Shown: in pieces, positions 1-12,291 of the stretch | Layout: each line of letters opens with the position of its first letter | Numbering within the stretch: position 1 is the first letter of the stretch | From: Trichoplax sp. H2 | Lineage: Eukaryota | Direction of reading: 5' to 3' | Length of the DNA stretch: 64,000 bases | Assembly: GCA_003344405.1 (NCBI GenBank) | Contig: NOWV01000027.1 | Coordinates: 248,001-312,000 of the forward strand | The notes under the pieces: model-generated | The model's input: the letters and a program-made list of their open reading frames with translations, nothing else | Databases searched by the model: none | Told to the model about the DNA's origin: nothing | Program-made: the position numbers and the translations under genes

Positions 1-4
1 TTAG

Positions 5-2065
5 CCTGTCAACAAATGGTTAGATGGTGCTATAGAAGATCTAGAAGATATTTATGATGTAAACTCTTTAAAGGAACTCGAGGTGATAACTGGATAATGA
101 GATTACCTAAAATGAAGACAAGATTCGTCTGCTTTCATAACAGTTTTTCGCTCATGTACGATTATAGGAATTAGAGGCTAGCTATAATGAACTAAACGAA
201 GAATTTGCAAAGACGGAACCAGATAGAAATAGGATTACGGAAATATGTGAGAACCTAAAAGATTTTGGAGCAGCAGACAATGAGTATACTACCATAAGTG
301 CTGAGGTAAGATAAACAACCATTGATGCTAGTTCTTTTATATGCGTAGTATCATTAGAACATCTTATTTGAATTGCAGGATATTGACCGAAAATGGGATG
401 AAATTTCTGATTTGCTTCCACAAAAATCTGAATTACTGGCAGAATTTCGTAATAAGCAAATGTGTATCTTTAACATCGGATAATTTTATACCTAATAAAA
501 CAATAAATTGATACAACGATAATATCTAACATTGAAGGCCAATACTATGTACGAAAATTATTAGCAATGCCTTAACGTTAATCTAACAGCTGATGAAGAA
601 CTACGCAAAGCTTTCGCTGAAAAAGCAAATGAAATTGGCCCATGGATCGAAGAAAAAAACCAATACGTGGGTTATTATGTTCGTTCAATGGAAGGCACAT
701 TGGAAGTAAGACAATTATACTCTATTTTACGCCATAGTTATATATTATAATTCCAACAATTCATCTACGATGTTATCACTAGATTAAACTATTGATGTTT
801 ATATTATTAGGATCAGCTGGATAATTTACTTGGAATGGAACAAGAAATTAAAGCTTTTGGCCATAATATTAATGAAATCTTCGATATTAGTAAGGTAACT
901 GCTTAGTATGTGAATCTATCGATCTATGTCGACTGTTTGTAAAAGCACATGAGTAATATAGCCATTTTGCTATGGAATTAAAATTTTTATAGAAAATACA
1001 CGATGCCATGATTTTTGAGAATCCTTATTCGAAATATACCATCGAGGTAATATATAATCATTATAAATTATCACATTACAAATACAAGCAATAACAACAA
1101 ATTTTGATTACAGTCTATTCGCTCAATGTGGGATGAATTAATAAACAGCGTTCATAGCAGTATCCAAGTAGTCGATAATGAGGTAAAACGATCTTGATTT
1201 CGGTATTACACACTTAAAATGGAAATTTTAACCTAAATTTAACTTTTTGCGAGTTAGAAATTAGCGCGAGACTCAAAGGGAATTACGAATGAACAATTGC
1301 AAGAATTTAAACAAGCCTTCAATCATTTTGATAAGGTTAGAGAATAAAATGCAACTAAAGTTTCAAAATGAGGTTTTAAGACAAAAATTTTATTCTTCTA
1401 GGATAAATCAGGCGTCTTGGAAATTAAGGAATTCAGACAATGCTTAGTTAGTGTTGGTCTTATCCCCGATATTGAGGTTTGCACAAGCAATTACCCTAAC
1501 GATTGATTGCGTTGTTCTAAAATTTTAATTTTATGTTATTATACAGACGAATGATGAAGAATTCGAGCATGTTTTATCAGTCGTAGATCCTGATGGATCT
1601 GGCACTATCACTATCCAGGAATATATCGATTACATGATACAGGAAATCTCGGAACAAGATACTGCCGACCAAATAGTCGAGTCTTTCCGAACGCTAGCTA
1701 ATGATAAGGTTAGCTTCTATCAATTATGAATGTCTAAATAATGTGCTTGTCAGTTTGCAATATAAATAGCTAGTAGATGGTATGCTACAGCTATCTGGTA
1801 TACCCCATATTTAGATTGTTTCGTTTATCTGTTGAGATAAATTGTATATAAGTGTACTTAAAGAAACGTATCTGTTTTCTCATTCCAATTCCTAAACAAT
1901 TACCAGCCATATATTACTGAAGAAGAACTCAGGCACGAACTCGCTCCAGATTATGCCGAATTCTGTATTAAGCGCATGATGCAATATGATCAACCTGGAG
2001 CTCCTGCTGATGCTTTGGATTACACATCTTTTTCATCAGCCCTTTATGGAGAAAGTGATTTATAA
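5..2065 (+). CDS. ACTN: Alpha-actinin, 3' part (last spectrin repeats and EF-hands); gene begins upstream of the window
   Basis: Spliced exons (5-82, 168-305, 379-463, 590-705, ... 1907-2065) give [70 protein letters not shown] and the diagnostic end [17 protein letters not shown]. Confidence 0.96.
464..589 (+). other. Putative U12-type (minor spliceosome) GT-AG intron in alpha-actinin
   Basis: Donor GTATCTTT at 464 and branch point CCTTAAC at 570-576, about 12 nt before the AG at 588-589. No polypyrimidine tract. Phase 1, reading frame preserved. Confidence 0.75.
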
Positions 2066-3839
2066 TCAATGATTAAGGGTAATCGAAATACGAAATTAGC
2101 CGCCACTAAATTTTACTGTTTGGGTAACATGAATAATTTTCAATGGCTATCGTTGACTAGTAATTAGTTAATTATTACTTGTTAATCCTGCGTTTATGAA
2201 TTAGATCACTGTTATTTGACAATACGAGTATTCTGGTTGTTATTCGAAAAGTTACGTATGGATAGATTTAGCTCGTAGACTGGTCTAGAGTTGATATTGA
2301 GGTATTTGTTACGCATCTGAATTTCGTGATTGCACTTTTCTGTTATACTAATTTTATGTGCCACTTGTTCAATTTGCCTTAGTAATAGTAATTGAAAGAT
2401 TTTAATTTCGTGAGTGAATTGATTATTCTGAATTCTTGACTCTGCAACACTAATTAATAAAATTGAAACTTTATTATAGAGTTGTTGCTTAACTTAGCTT
2501 ACAAATAGTTAAAGGCTTTTTACACGACCCCTTTGATTGCGTTAAATTTCAGTAAATACAAATATCAACAGTAACTTCAATACTCGTATGTATACTATAC
2601 ATAGAACGAATGCCTTTCGTATACGTCAAATTTATGCTCGAAGTAGGTTATATACTTATTTTCTACCATAACACGCAAGTAGAAGATAGGGCTAATAGTT
2701 TGCCCGCTAGACATTATGTAACAGGACGAATAATTGTGCGACCCTATTCCGATAAGTACTTTTATTAATACTATATGAGATATTTTAATCATAATAGCTA
2801 TGATTAAAAACCAAAGATTGCTTGAACTTATCCATAAGTTAACTTTGGCGAATCATTTACCTCAAGTTATAGCTATTCTACTTTACATCAACAAGAATTG
2901 CAATTTAGTTCTCACAATCCAGAGATTATGGTTATTGCTGTCTGATTTAATTTATGGATTTAGGCTTAAATATACTGTAAATCGTAAGGATTTAACTAGG
3001 GTACGTATTGTGGAATGAAAATTATACATGGACATATTACTATACGTAAATTGAAAGTTTACCATTAATTTTAAGATTATACCAGATCAGAATCTAAGTT
3101 AGCGATTATTGGAATTAGCGTAAATAGCACAAAGGTAATTATTGGCCAGCATTAGCCATTTAAAGAACAAGGTTTACTCCACTTGAAGCACCCATTATTC
3201 AGTTATTAAACGACAAAAGTACGGAGTTCATGCTAAAATGTAGCAATATATACTCATATAACTCCATGCATTATGAATTTAAAAGGACTAGAGTGATGTA
3301 AATAATGGTAGGTTAGACAATAATTAAATATTCTCAAATATGTTTTGCCAATTGAGAACTGTATTTAAACCGTTTGTAGTATTAACTACATATCGTGATA
3401 TGCAATTCTTTACAGTACAGATTTTAACAGGATATTCTGGTAATCCAAATAAAATAATGGACTAGCTAGTAATGGTTCACTCATCCGAGATTTGTTTTAT
3501 TAATAGAGAAGTACATCATTATTATATGGTAAACGAAATTTAGTTTTAAATAAGTAATAGCTTATAGGAATAATATTTCAATAAGAACAAAGTTAAGATA
3601 CAAACTCAAAAATTAGTAGACAGAGGTATTGAAATAATGACTATGATGCATCGATTCAGAATTAACTTTTTTATATCATTTAATCAAAATAAACGAATAC
3701 TGATATCTATGTACAAATATGCAAATATAATATAGTTAATGTTGTCCAGTAATGATGATTTAACGGCTATTGCGATGTTTATAATACATCTTTTTTTAAA
3801 TATTGATATCGCTAATATTTTATTATCCAAGTCGATTAT

Positions 3840-6800
3840 CTATTTAATTTTAATTAAGTTATCCAGCAGGCTTTTGCCACTATGTGAGGCTAGAAGAGAT
3901 ATTGCTTTATCATTTGACGTTTTAATGGCAACATCGTAAGCTGTTTCACCAGCACCATTTTTGGGTTTGATATCGACTCCACACCTTAAAGTGAAATTAT
4001 ATGACTTTTTAATAAATCAATTATATTGGAAACTTATGATAAATACTATATGACGTATATTGCACTAAAAGCAACCATTTTAAAGTAATTCTGCATTATT
4101 AATCATTTATTAACACTGTTATCTTCGAAAAATATAAATATAATCGAAATAATCCTTTTAAAATAAGGATCGTAATCCTATACTATATAGATCTCGTAAT
4201 TTAATTCTACATAGTATTTTAAGAAATAATGTCGCCACCTTGAATTTTGCACGGTAGTGTCATAAATTTTGCACCGCAGCTACAGCGCGAACTTTTCTCT
4301 ACCGTATCAATTTCTCCTGTACAGGGGCGACATTATTTTTTTAAATACTGCAGGTTGTTTATCGCCCGTTATAGCAATATTCTGAAAGACTAATTAGGGC
4401 ACTCTGTTAAGGGTATATTTTAATATTTAATTTAACATTTTATACTGATTTATCATCTGTAAGTGAAAGATTTTACATTTAAAATTAAGGCACCCCTACA
4501 TAACACTTCTCTTGCAATTTTTTGTTAACAATATCTAGTTTAGTAAATATTAACTTGACTTACTCCAGTAAAATTTCAACAGCCTTAATACCATTTGGTC
4601 CAAGTTGTACTGCTTCGTGTAGAATAGTATTTCCCTTACTAAATTAATAAGAGACATACGACTAAATGAGACTATTTATAGCGTTTAGTTACCGTAATGC
4701 GCAAGATTTTTAATCTAGTTCTTGTTGTTGATTTATACATAAAAATTATCCTATAAATTATATTTCAATTCCAACTACGAATAAAATTAGTACTAGTACC
4801 ACATAATACTTATACTTGCAATTGAACGATAATTTTATATTTAATTCTACAACTATAAGATCTTGCAAGAAACATCAATACAATTAATTTACCATGAAAC
4901 TTTAGCATTAACATCAGCGCCTTCTTGAATCAATACTGGTATGCAATCGTAGTGACGACTTTGTATTGCAACTGCTAAAACTGGGATTTGATCGTTATTT
5001 TTACAGTTTGGATCAGCACCCTTTAAGAAAAGATTTAAATTAAGATTCTATTAAATTATTATTCTTACTAAATGATGTCATATAAAGCTGATGGTATTAT
5101 TTATCAATAAGTGACAAATTGTACTTTAAGGTATAAATACAGTCACAATGTAGAGTTGTCTTACTAACCTCTTCAATTAAATTTTGAACTTCTTCTATTC
5201 TTCCTTCTCCTTCTGGACCAACTTCTTTGAAAAGGATTCTATTTTCAACCTGAAATGATAGAAGGTATCATTATCAATACGCCATAGTAAAGCTTAATTG
5301 GGGTGCATAGAAATTAATGTAGTTAGTGGACAATAACATATCGGCTATTATTAAATGAAATTTAATTAGAATATATGCGTATTGATGAAGTTAAAGGAAT
5401 AACAACATATGTGATGTTATCGAAATAAAATTTAATTAAGATTTATGGATATTGACATAGTTAAAGTATAACAACACGCCATACAGTATAGGATCTTACA
5501 AAGATAATATTTAATTAGGATACGTATTGGTATCCACTGATATAGTCAGTGGATAATAAATAACTTACGGGGATAGTATGAGAACATAGGTGAAATTTTA
5601 GTTATAATACTTGAGCACTGATATAAATAACGGATAAGAGAAATTCGTAATATCTATAGAAATCATACTGTATTTTGTAATAGTATTAGTTATATTATGG
5701 AATCACATGCAAATTTATAAATGGAATCAAATATTCGGAATAAAAATGTGAAGGCTAATAATATTGAACAAATAATGATACATTCGTATAATACGTTAAG
5801 CGCTATAAACTGGAAATGTCGATAAGCTACATTAAATTATAAGTTTGAGCATTACAAGTGGAAAGTGTTTATACAATATGCTATAATCCTTGTCTAGTAT
5901 AACATTCTTACACTTAAGACTTCTTTCTTGTTAAAGGAAAATCCTTTAGCTTTCGTTGGTTTTTTCTTTTCTTTATTTTTGCTAGGAGCTAGTCAAGGAA
6001 TAGTAAAGTAAATCGTACAATTGATGTTTTAGTATACAATTTAATATGCTTACAATAGGAATTATAATATTTTGAATGTAATTTATAAAAATTAGTTTAA
6101 TTGACTGACGGCTAAGAAAATAAACGTACAGGATGATTTTTCTTTAGCTTCGGTTTCGGTAACGGAGCTTAATCCTTTCTCTATTTTGCTGATTTTGGCT
6201 TTCTGTAATATCAAAACAATATTTGAATGTTATTTTGACGCTACAAATTTGAATACGAAAAAGATCACAAGTAACAGTATATAATTCAAGAGATTTGTTT
6301 TATAAGAGAAAATAAATTTCACTTGTTTTACAGTAACTTGTATCTTACTGTTTTTTAATTAATCAAGCAGTCTCTGAAATATAGAGAATAAAATAACATT
6401 CAGCGCAATATCATACCAAAAACTTACCTTATCCTGCTTTACTTCATATGTTATTGATATGGTCATATCATCTATATCTTCATGAACAGTAGCAGCAAGC
6501 AACTATAGTCATAGAACAGGTATAATAGATAAGAAAGAATTTAGTCAACCAGCAGTAATGGCTAGTGTACACTGTACAGTATATAGTTTTAGCTTCATTA
6601 TCAAATCAGTTGAACGTGTTAATTGTGATTTAGATGCTGGAGTATAAGTATTAATATAAATGGCAAATAGTTTCAATTGATTAATCAATTTCCAGTACAG
6701 ACCTTGCCTAACTTTGGCTCGCCAATAATTTTTCGAAACTCGTTGTTATTTTGTACGTGAACACGGAAATGTCCACAAATATGATCCATTTGTTTCCTCC

Positions 6801-9800
6801 AAAATCCTAATGCATCAATATAGAAAATACTATAAATACCAATAAATCCTATCTTTACATAGTAGAAAGCTATTAATTTTACTGGCATATTGTTATACAG
6901 ATAATCAATACACGTAGATTATTCTACTTATACTCAAACATCCTATAATAAATAAGTTAAAAGGGAGCATAGAATAGATGTAACTTTACCTTTGCCTGGG
7001 CTAACACCAGATAAAAGAGATTTCTTTTCCTTTATTCCACCATCTTCTTTACCATTCTGAATATTGGACTGATTAGAAATGGATTTATTGGAAGGATAAA
7101 ATAATCCTTGAGTCTGTGTGTGAATCGATCTCGTTTCTGCTGGTAACGGTGGAATGGTTACCGTCATCCACTGGTTATCATTTTTTGTCTGGCGGTCAGT
7201 TTGCTATAAAAATTGGAAATTAAAATGAGAGAGGATTGCTTTCTAATCTCAGTAAGTCTCTATTACAATTGGTGTTTTACTAGGTTCAATCGAAAAGAAT
7301 CTGCATGATTATACCATTAAAAACTTGTTTGTAATCACGTAATGAGATCGTTAACAATTATATTTATTATCGATATATTTTCGATATATATTCGATATTT
7401 TATCAATATCTTCATATATAAATGCAACAAATCTCGATTATATGATAATCTAACCTGTAACGCTTTAGTAACTTTAGATGGCAAATTTGAATTTCTCGAA
7501 TCTAAGCGTTCTGGTGGTCCTAGTAAGCAGCCACATGAATTGCAAAATTTCGCATATGGATGGCAACTTGCGTGGCATTTGGAACAGGTTATGTAAGAGG
7601 AGGTCTGCTTAGGCTATAATTAGAATAGTAATAGTCTCTAAACTACTGGTTCTAATTCAGAAACTAGCAGTGACATGAAATATAATTATAACAAGCTAAA
7701 ATAGATATTGGCTAACCTTAGCACCACACCAATCACAGAAACGCGCATCACTATTATTAATACGTGAACAATGTGAACACTGCAACAAACAACCTTCTTT
7801 GGTCGGTAGAGGTGGAGCAGAAGTAGATGTATTTAACGACTATAAATAATGAAATAACCCATATGATTTTAACTACTGATATTATTTTAATATTACAAAT
7901 TTTTTAGCTGCATCGCGTTATAATACCTTCGTCGCTTTGGTCAACCTTGCTTCACAAGTGACACATATATCTAGTCCAACTGGATTTACTGTACCACAAC
8001 TACTACAGACCTGTTGTGTCTAGAAGGGCAGAATTTGCTTATATTACTTATTTGAAGCCAAATTTTTAATTATATTTATGGTATTACTATCTATACAGCG
8101 CGGCATCTTTGATAAACATCATAAGAAAACCTACCTTGCCCGTAACATGGGCTGGTGGCTGTTTCTGTTGTGGTATAGCAGCCTCGCATACAATACATTT
8201 CTGTGCATGCATTGGAACCAAAGATTTGCAGTGGACGCACATACTAACCTATAATCAAACATAACAAATCAAATATTATGCTGAATAGAGAAAAGAATAT
8301 TATCATTATTTTCCAGCCGATATTTGAGCTAATATTCCCAAATAAAATCGATATCTCCGTAACTGCTTTTGTTTATACGTTAAATACCTGGCCTTCGTCT
8401 GCTGGCGGTAACCTAGTGGTAGGTAGAGGGGGTATGGCAGCACCACATTCGTTGCAGAATCTTGCGAATGGATCAGATGGCCGTGGTGCCGAGCAGTACA
8501 TACAGCTTTTGAATCATCTTTACGTTAGTATATACGGCACAGTGATATACAATTTATTAGAATTGAAAATAACTCACTGTAAATAACTCGCTTGCTTTAA
8601 TAGCTTCGTAGCTTGTGTTGCCGTTTCAGCATGTTGACGGGGAGTTGTCTTAGTAGACAAGATAGCAATTATTTGAGTAAATTAATTAATGCTACATAAG
8701 GTTTAATTGGACTGTAAGTTATACATATTGAACATGAGTTACAAGTACTTAGACCTCTATACATCTACAAATACATGATTGCCATAGTTTGCTTCTATAA
8801 TTAGTTGTAACTATTATTATACCGAGGACTGCCTTAAATTGGTATCTTCATAACTTCCATCTAAGGTATTACTACCCAGTCTGTTAGGATATGAAAAGAT
8901 TGAAGCAAGTATCTAAGTATTGATGTAATTATCCTGTAATTCATTCAGTACATACCTATTATTTAGATATTTAGGTCCAGTATAAAATGATTCGTTATTA
9001 GATTGATTTAAATTAAGATCTATTAATACGATAACAGGGTATAAGTAATTTGGCAGAGTAGAAATGACGTCATTCAATATGAGCAATTACGAAAGCATAT
9101 TTTGCGTAGATATTACTTCAGAAATAATTAGATACTTTAGATATAGATTACTGATTTGTGTACTGTAGTTTTTCTCCTAATGAATAAGCCCACAATTATA
9201 TGAAGTAATAGTTGTCATTAGTTCGCTTCCAATATAATATGCGCGAATACAGTAGTAATGCATTAAACAGAAATAAAAAATACTATGAAAGGTCTGCACT
9301 AATGATTGTCCTAGGATATTGCCATGTGTAATCCAATTTTATTACCTCGTGTTTTTCCTATCAGTTCATTCTCAGACTTTGCAGTTGAGCTTAACATTTT
9401 ACCAATTAGAGACTTTGATAACTATTTGCATATTGTAAGGTAAAATATCATTAAAAATTACAAATATAAACTGATATTGCTTAATAATAGAAACACATAA
9501 TTTCCAAATTAAGATAAAGATAAATTTAAAACCTTTGGTCCTCCTAATTTGCTTCTTTCTGTAGCTTCATCTTGAGAGCTTGCTTGTTCTACGTTAAAGG
9601 TTTTAGTGACAACATTGCTTTGCCGAGTGCCATCACTAACGATATTCATGAGAGGGTAAATAAAACAGATTTAAACCATTTATAACAAATTCTATTAACA
9701 CAATAATTTATTTCATAATATTCTAGAGCCATATGTGGAAATTTAAAAATACCTTGATACTGCGACAGCTTTAATTGATCTTTTACCAGCCGGCAGTTGA

Positions 9801-10090
9801 AAAGGCTTTTTATAAATGTAGGTATTGTTAGTTCCAATTTTTCGAAAAGGATCAGGTTTATTCCCATCAATTGTGTAAAAGATTTGAATATCTGCTCTAG
9901 CTATTATAACAATGTCAATTAATTCATCAAAATCTTTGCTATATAACTATGTTTGCATAAATGAAATAGATTGAATACAATATTTACTCGTTGCGATTTC
10001 TATTAAAGTTGCAGTAGTGATAAAGTTTTTTTGTGCTCCTGGCTTTCGTAAAGGAACAATTGTAGGAACTTGAATCGATCCTGCTGCCAT
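3840..10090 (-). CDS. DZANK1: Double zinc ribbon and ankyrin repeat protein 1 (multi-exon)
   Basis: N-terminus MAAGSIQVPTIVPLR (ATG 10090), IQIFYTIDGNKPDPF...YKKPFQLPAGKRSIKAVAV, zinc ribbons (CMYCSAPRPSDPFARFCNECG and others), C-terminal ankyrin repeats (GETAYDVA). TAG at 3842-3840. Confidence 0.92.
4212..4350. mobile_element. Candidate MITE (about 139 bp) in a DZANK1 intron
   Basis: 24-bp imperfect terminal inverted repeats with 2 mismatches: AGTATTTTAAGAAATAATGTCGCC ... GGCGACATTATTTTTTTAAATACT. Flanked by CA on both sides. Internal direct repeat AATTTTGCAC. Confidence 0.65.
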
Positions 10091-11481
10091 AGTATCCTTT
10101 AAAAGAAATGGTAAAGTTAAGGGTTGCACTAAAGTATTTGCATGTAAAACTGTATTGCTGATTTCGACAATGTATTACTATATCTATGGTGAATAAGAGG
10201 ATGCCAGACACTTCAAATACACTTATGAAAGCTAGAACGATCTAGGCATCTCATAGCTGACTTGGTAGCTATGATCATATTACTTAGTTGTATTATCATA
10301 TGCTTTACAAGCAACACGATGAGGATATATTGACGAAAGTATAAATACTAATAAGTGTTTGCATCTTAGCAACGCTATCAAAAATGATTCGTTGCAATTG
10401 TTTAATTACCAAAATACATGTCTAAACTGAAGTGGTAAAAATAAAATTAGAAATTTTATTGCTTCTATATTACTGTGCTGCCTTGTGAACTTATAAGTAC
10501 CGTCTATTTTCAATTCGTTACTTTCATTACCGTCATATAATGTGATAGCTCTATCATCTATCTATCATTTTACATATCTATACGAAATTTGAATGAAGCA
10601 ATAGAGAGTAGGAAACGAAAGCGATATGATGTACGTACATACATATACATATGCTAGCTATTTCTTTTTACGTAATGCGAAGGAATATTACAGGTCCTAT
10701 AGAAACATCTAACTTGAACTCAGCTGATAGAGTAGCGTGCAGAAAGTGCATTTCTCGTATGTCCATAAAGTTTATTCACTGTCAGTTCAAGAGATTGTGT
10801 TAACAGGAAAGACACCGCAATATTATTGCAACGTATTTCGTTAGATTTAAAAAATCACGAACTAAAGGGCGTAGCTCGATATTCATCATTCAATCTGCTT
10901 TCCATTCTATATTCACAACTACTACTGAAACTAGTGTATATTCGTTTTTAATACAAAGTACCGTGTACACGTTTATGCTATTCCGTACCATGCTATGGAA
11001 TGCCTGCTGAACGAGTATATGTACCCACCATTTACAGTATATCATTATGAGTGAATGATAAAACTTTATTCATTGTGAAGGATAAATTGGAAGATAGAAA
11101 TGTGATATGGGAATATTGATTAATTATAAATATTAACTCTTTGTAGCCAATGTTATGATTGCAGAACTCGGTACTCAACATAGTTGTTGCTATCATGCAG
11201 GTAGAATACATATCGATCAGTCACTAGGGTTATTACCTGGTTTGGTTTCTTTCTTGTTATGGAAGTTTTTTTTATCGTACTTTACTTTAAAATATTTTGT
11301 ATGCGTAGAATTCAAGAAGTTGCATGATCCTTGTCCGCAGGTTAACTTGTAGATAATTCAAATTCTTATGACAGTTTAATAATATTACTATGAGAATTCA
11401 ATGAAGCGTATGAAAAATGTTTGGCGTATCATAGCAACTGGAATGACTGCTCTCTAGTGTCTGTTCCAGTGTGATGTACGG

Positions 11482-11965
11482 TACTGTACACTGTAGGGTA
11501 CAGTACAGTACAGTACTGTACAGTAAGATGCTACTGTACTGTACAGTACTGTACAGTACTGTAGTACTACAGTATACTGTACAGTACTGTACTGTAGATC
11601 GACAGTATTAGACTTTTCGTATGGTTTCTTTAGTAAAACTGATGGCTTACGCCTAGACCGCTTTCAAATACTAACTATACACCAAATTGAGAACATTTCA
11701 ATATTTCCTGTACTTTCTGAGCTAATTCTATACTAATTTGAACATGGAATTTGTAGACCATTTCGAAATAACTGAGAATATTATGCAGCATTTTCATTTT
11801 TACAGTCATTTACAGTGAATTTCACTGTACTCTAATGTACTGTACACTGTGTACAGTCGAGTACAGTACTACTGTACATACTGTGACCCACAATCTCACG
11901 TACTGTGTTTACAGTACTATACACTGTATACTGTACTGTACACTGTACAGTGTACAGTGTGTACG
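11482..11965. repeat. TA-CAG/CTG arrays in the DZANK1/presenilin divergent promoter region (blocks at 11482-11596 and 11825-11965)
   Basis: Dense runs of TACTG, TACAG, TACACTG and TACAGTG units. Confidence 0.9.
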
Positions 11966-12291
11966 ACAGGATCGTATCGTACGACGGACATTTCGCAATT
12001 TTTGACCAACTACGTCATACAGTACAATACTTCTATATAGGCCTATCCGAGCTACTAGGGGATTCAGGTAGTAACTGCTATGTTCATGGTACTGTAACTG
12101 GATATCATTGACGAGTTAAATTACTGTATAAAACATAGCATCAAGTTCCATACAAACCCGCTATAGGTCCTCAATTTGTCGTTGACCGACTACTACAACT
12201 GTTGAATAACTTCGTCATCGCTTTGACGTCCAATTTACTGCCAATTAAGTTGATTGCATTCCCTATCCTTGGCCATATCGCCTTTTGTTTT

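Noticed and set aside
8500..8525. Apparent in-frame TGA in DZANK1 (possible selenocysteine or pseudogene)
   Set aside because: Using the next AG acceptor removes the TGA and gives the expected alignment (ASYLH-CMYC).
11849..12111. Short ORFs rich in Y/C/T/V (also 20474-20839 and 25600-25848)
   Set aside because: Translation artefacts of the TA-CAG/CTG arrays.
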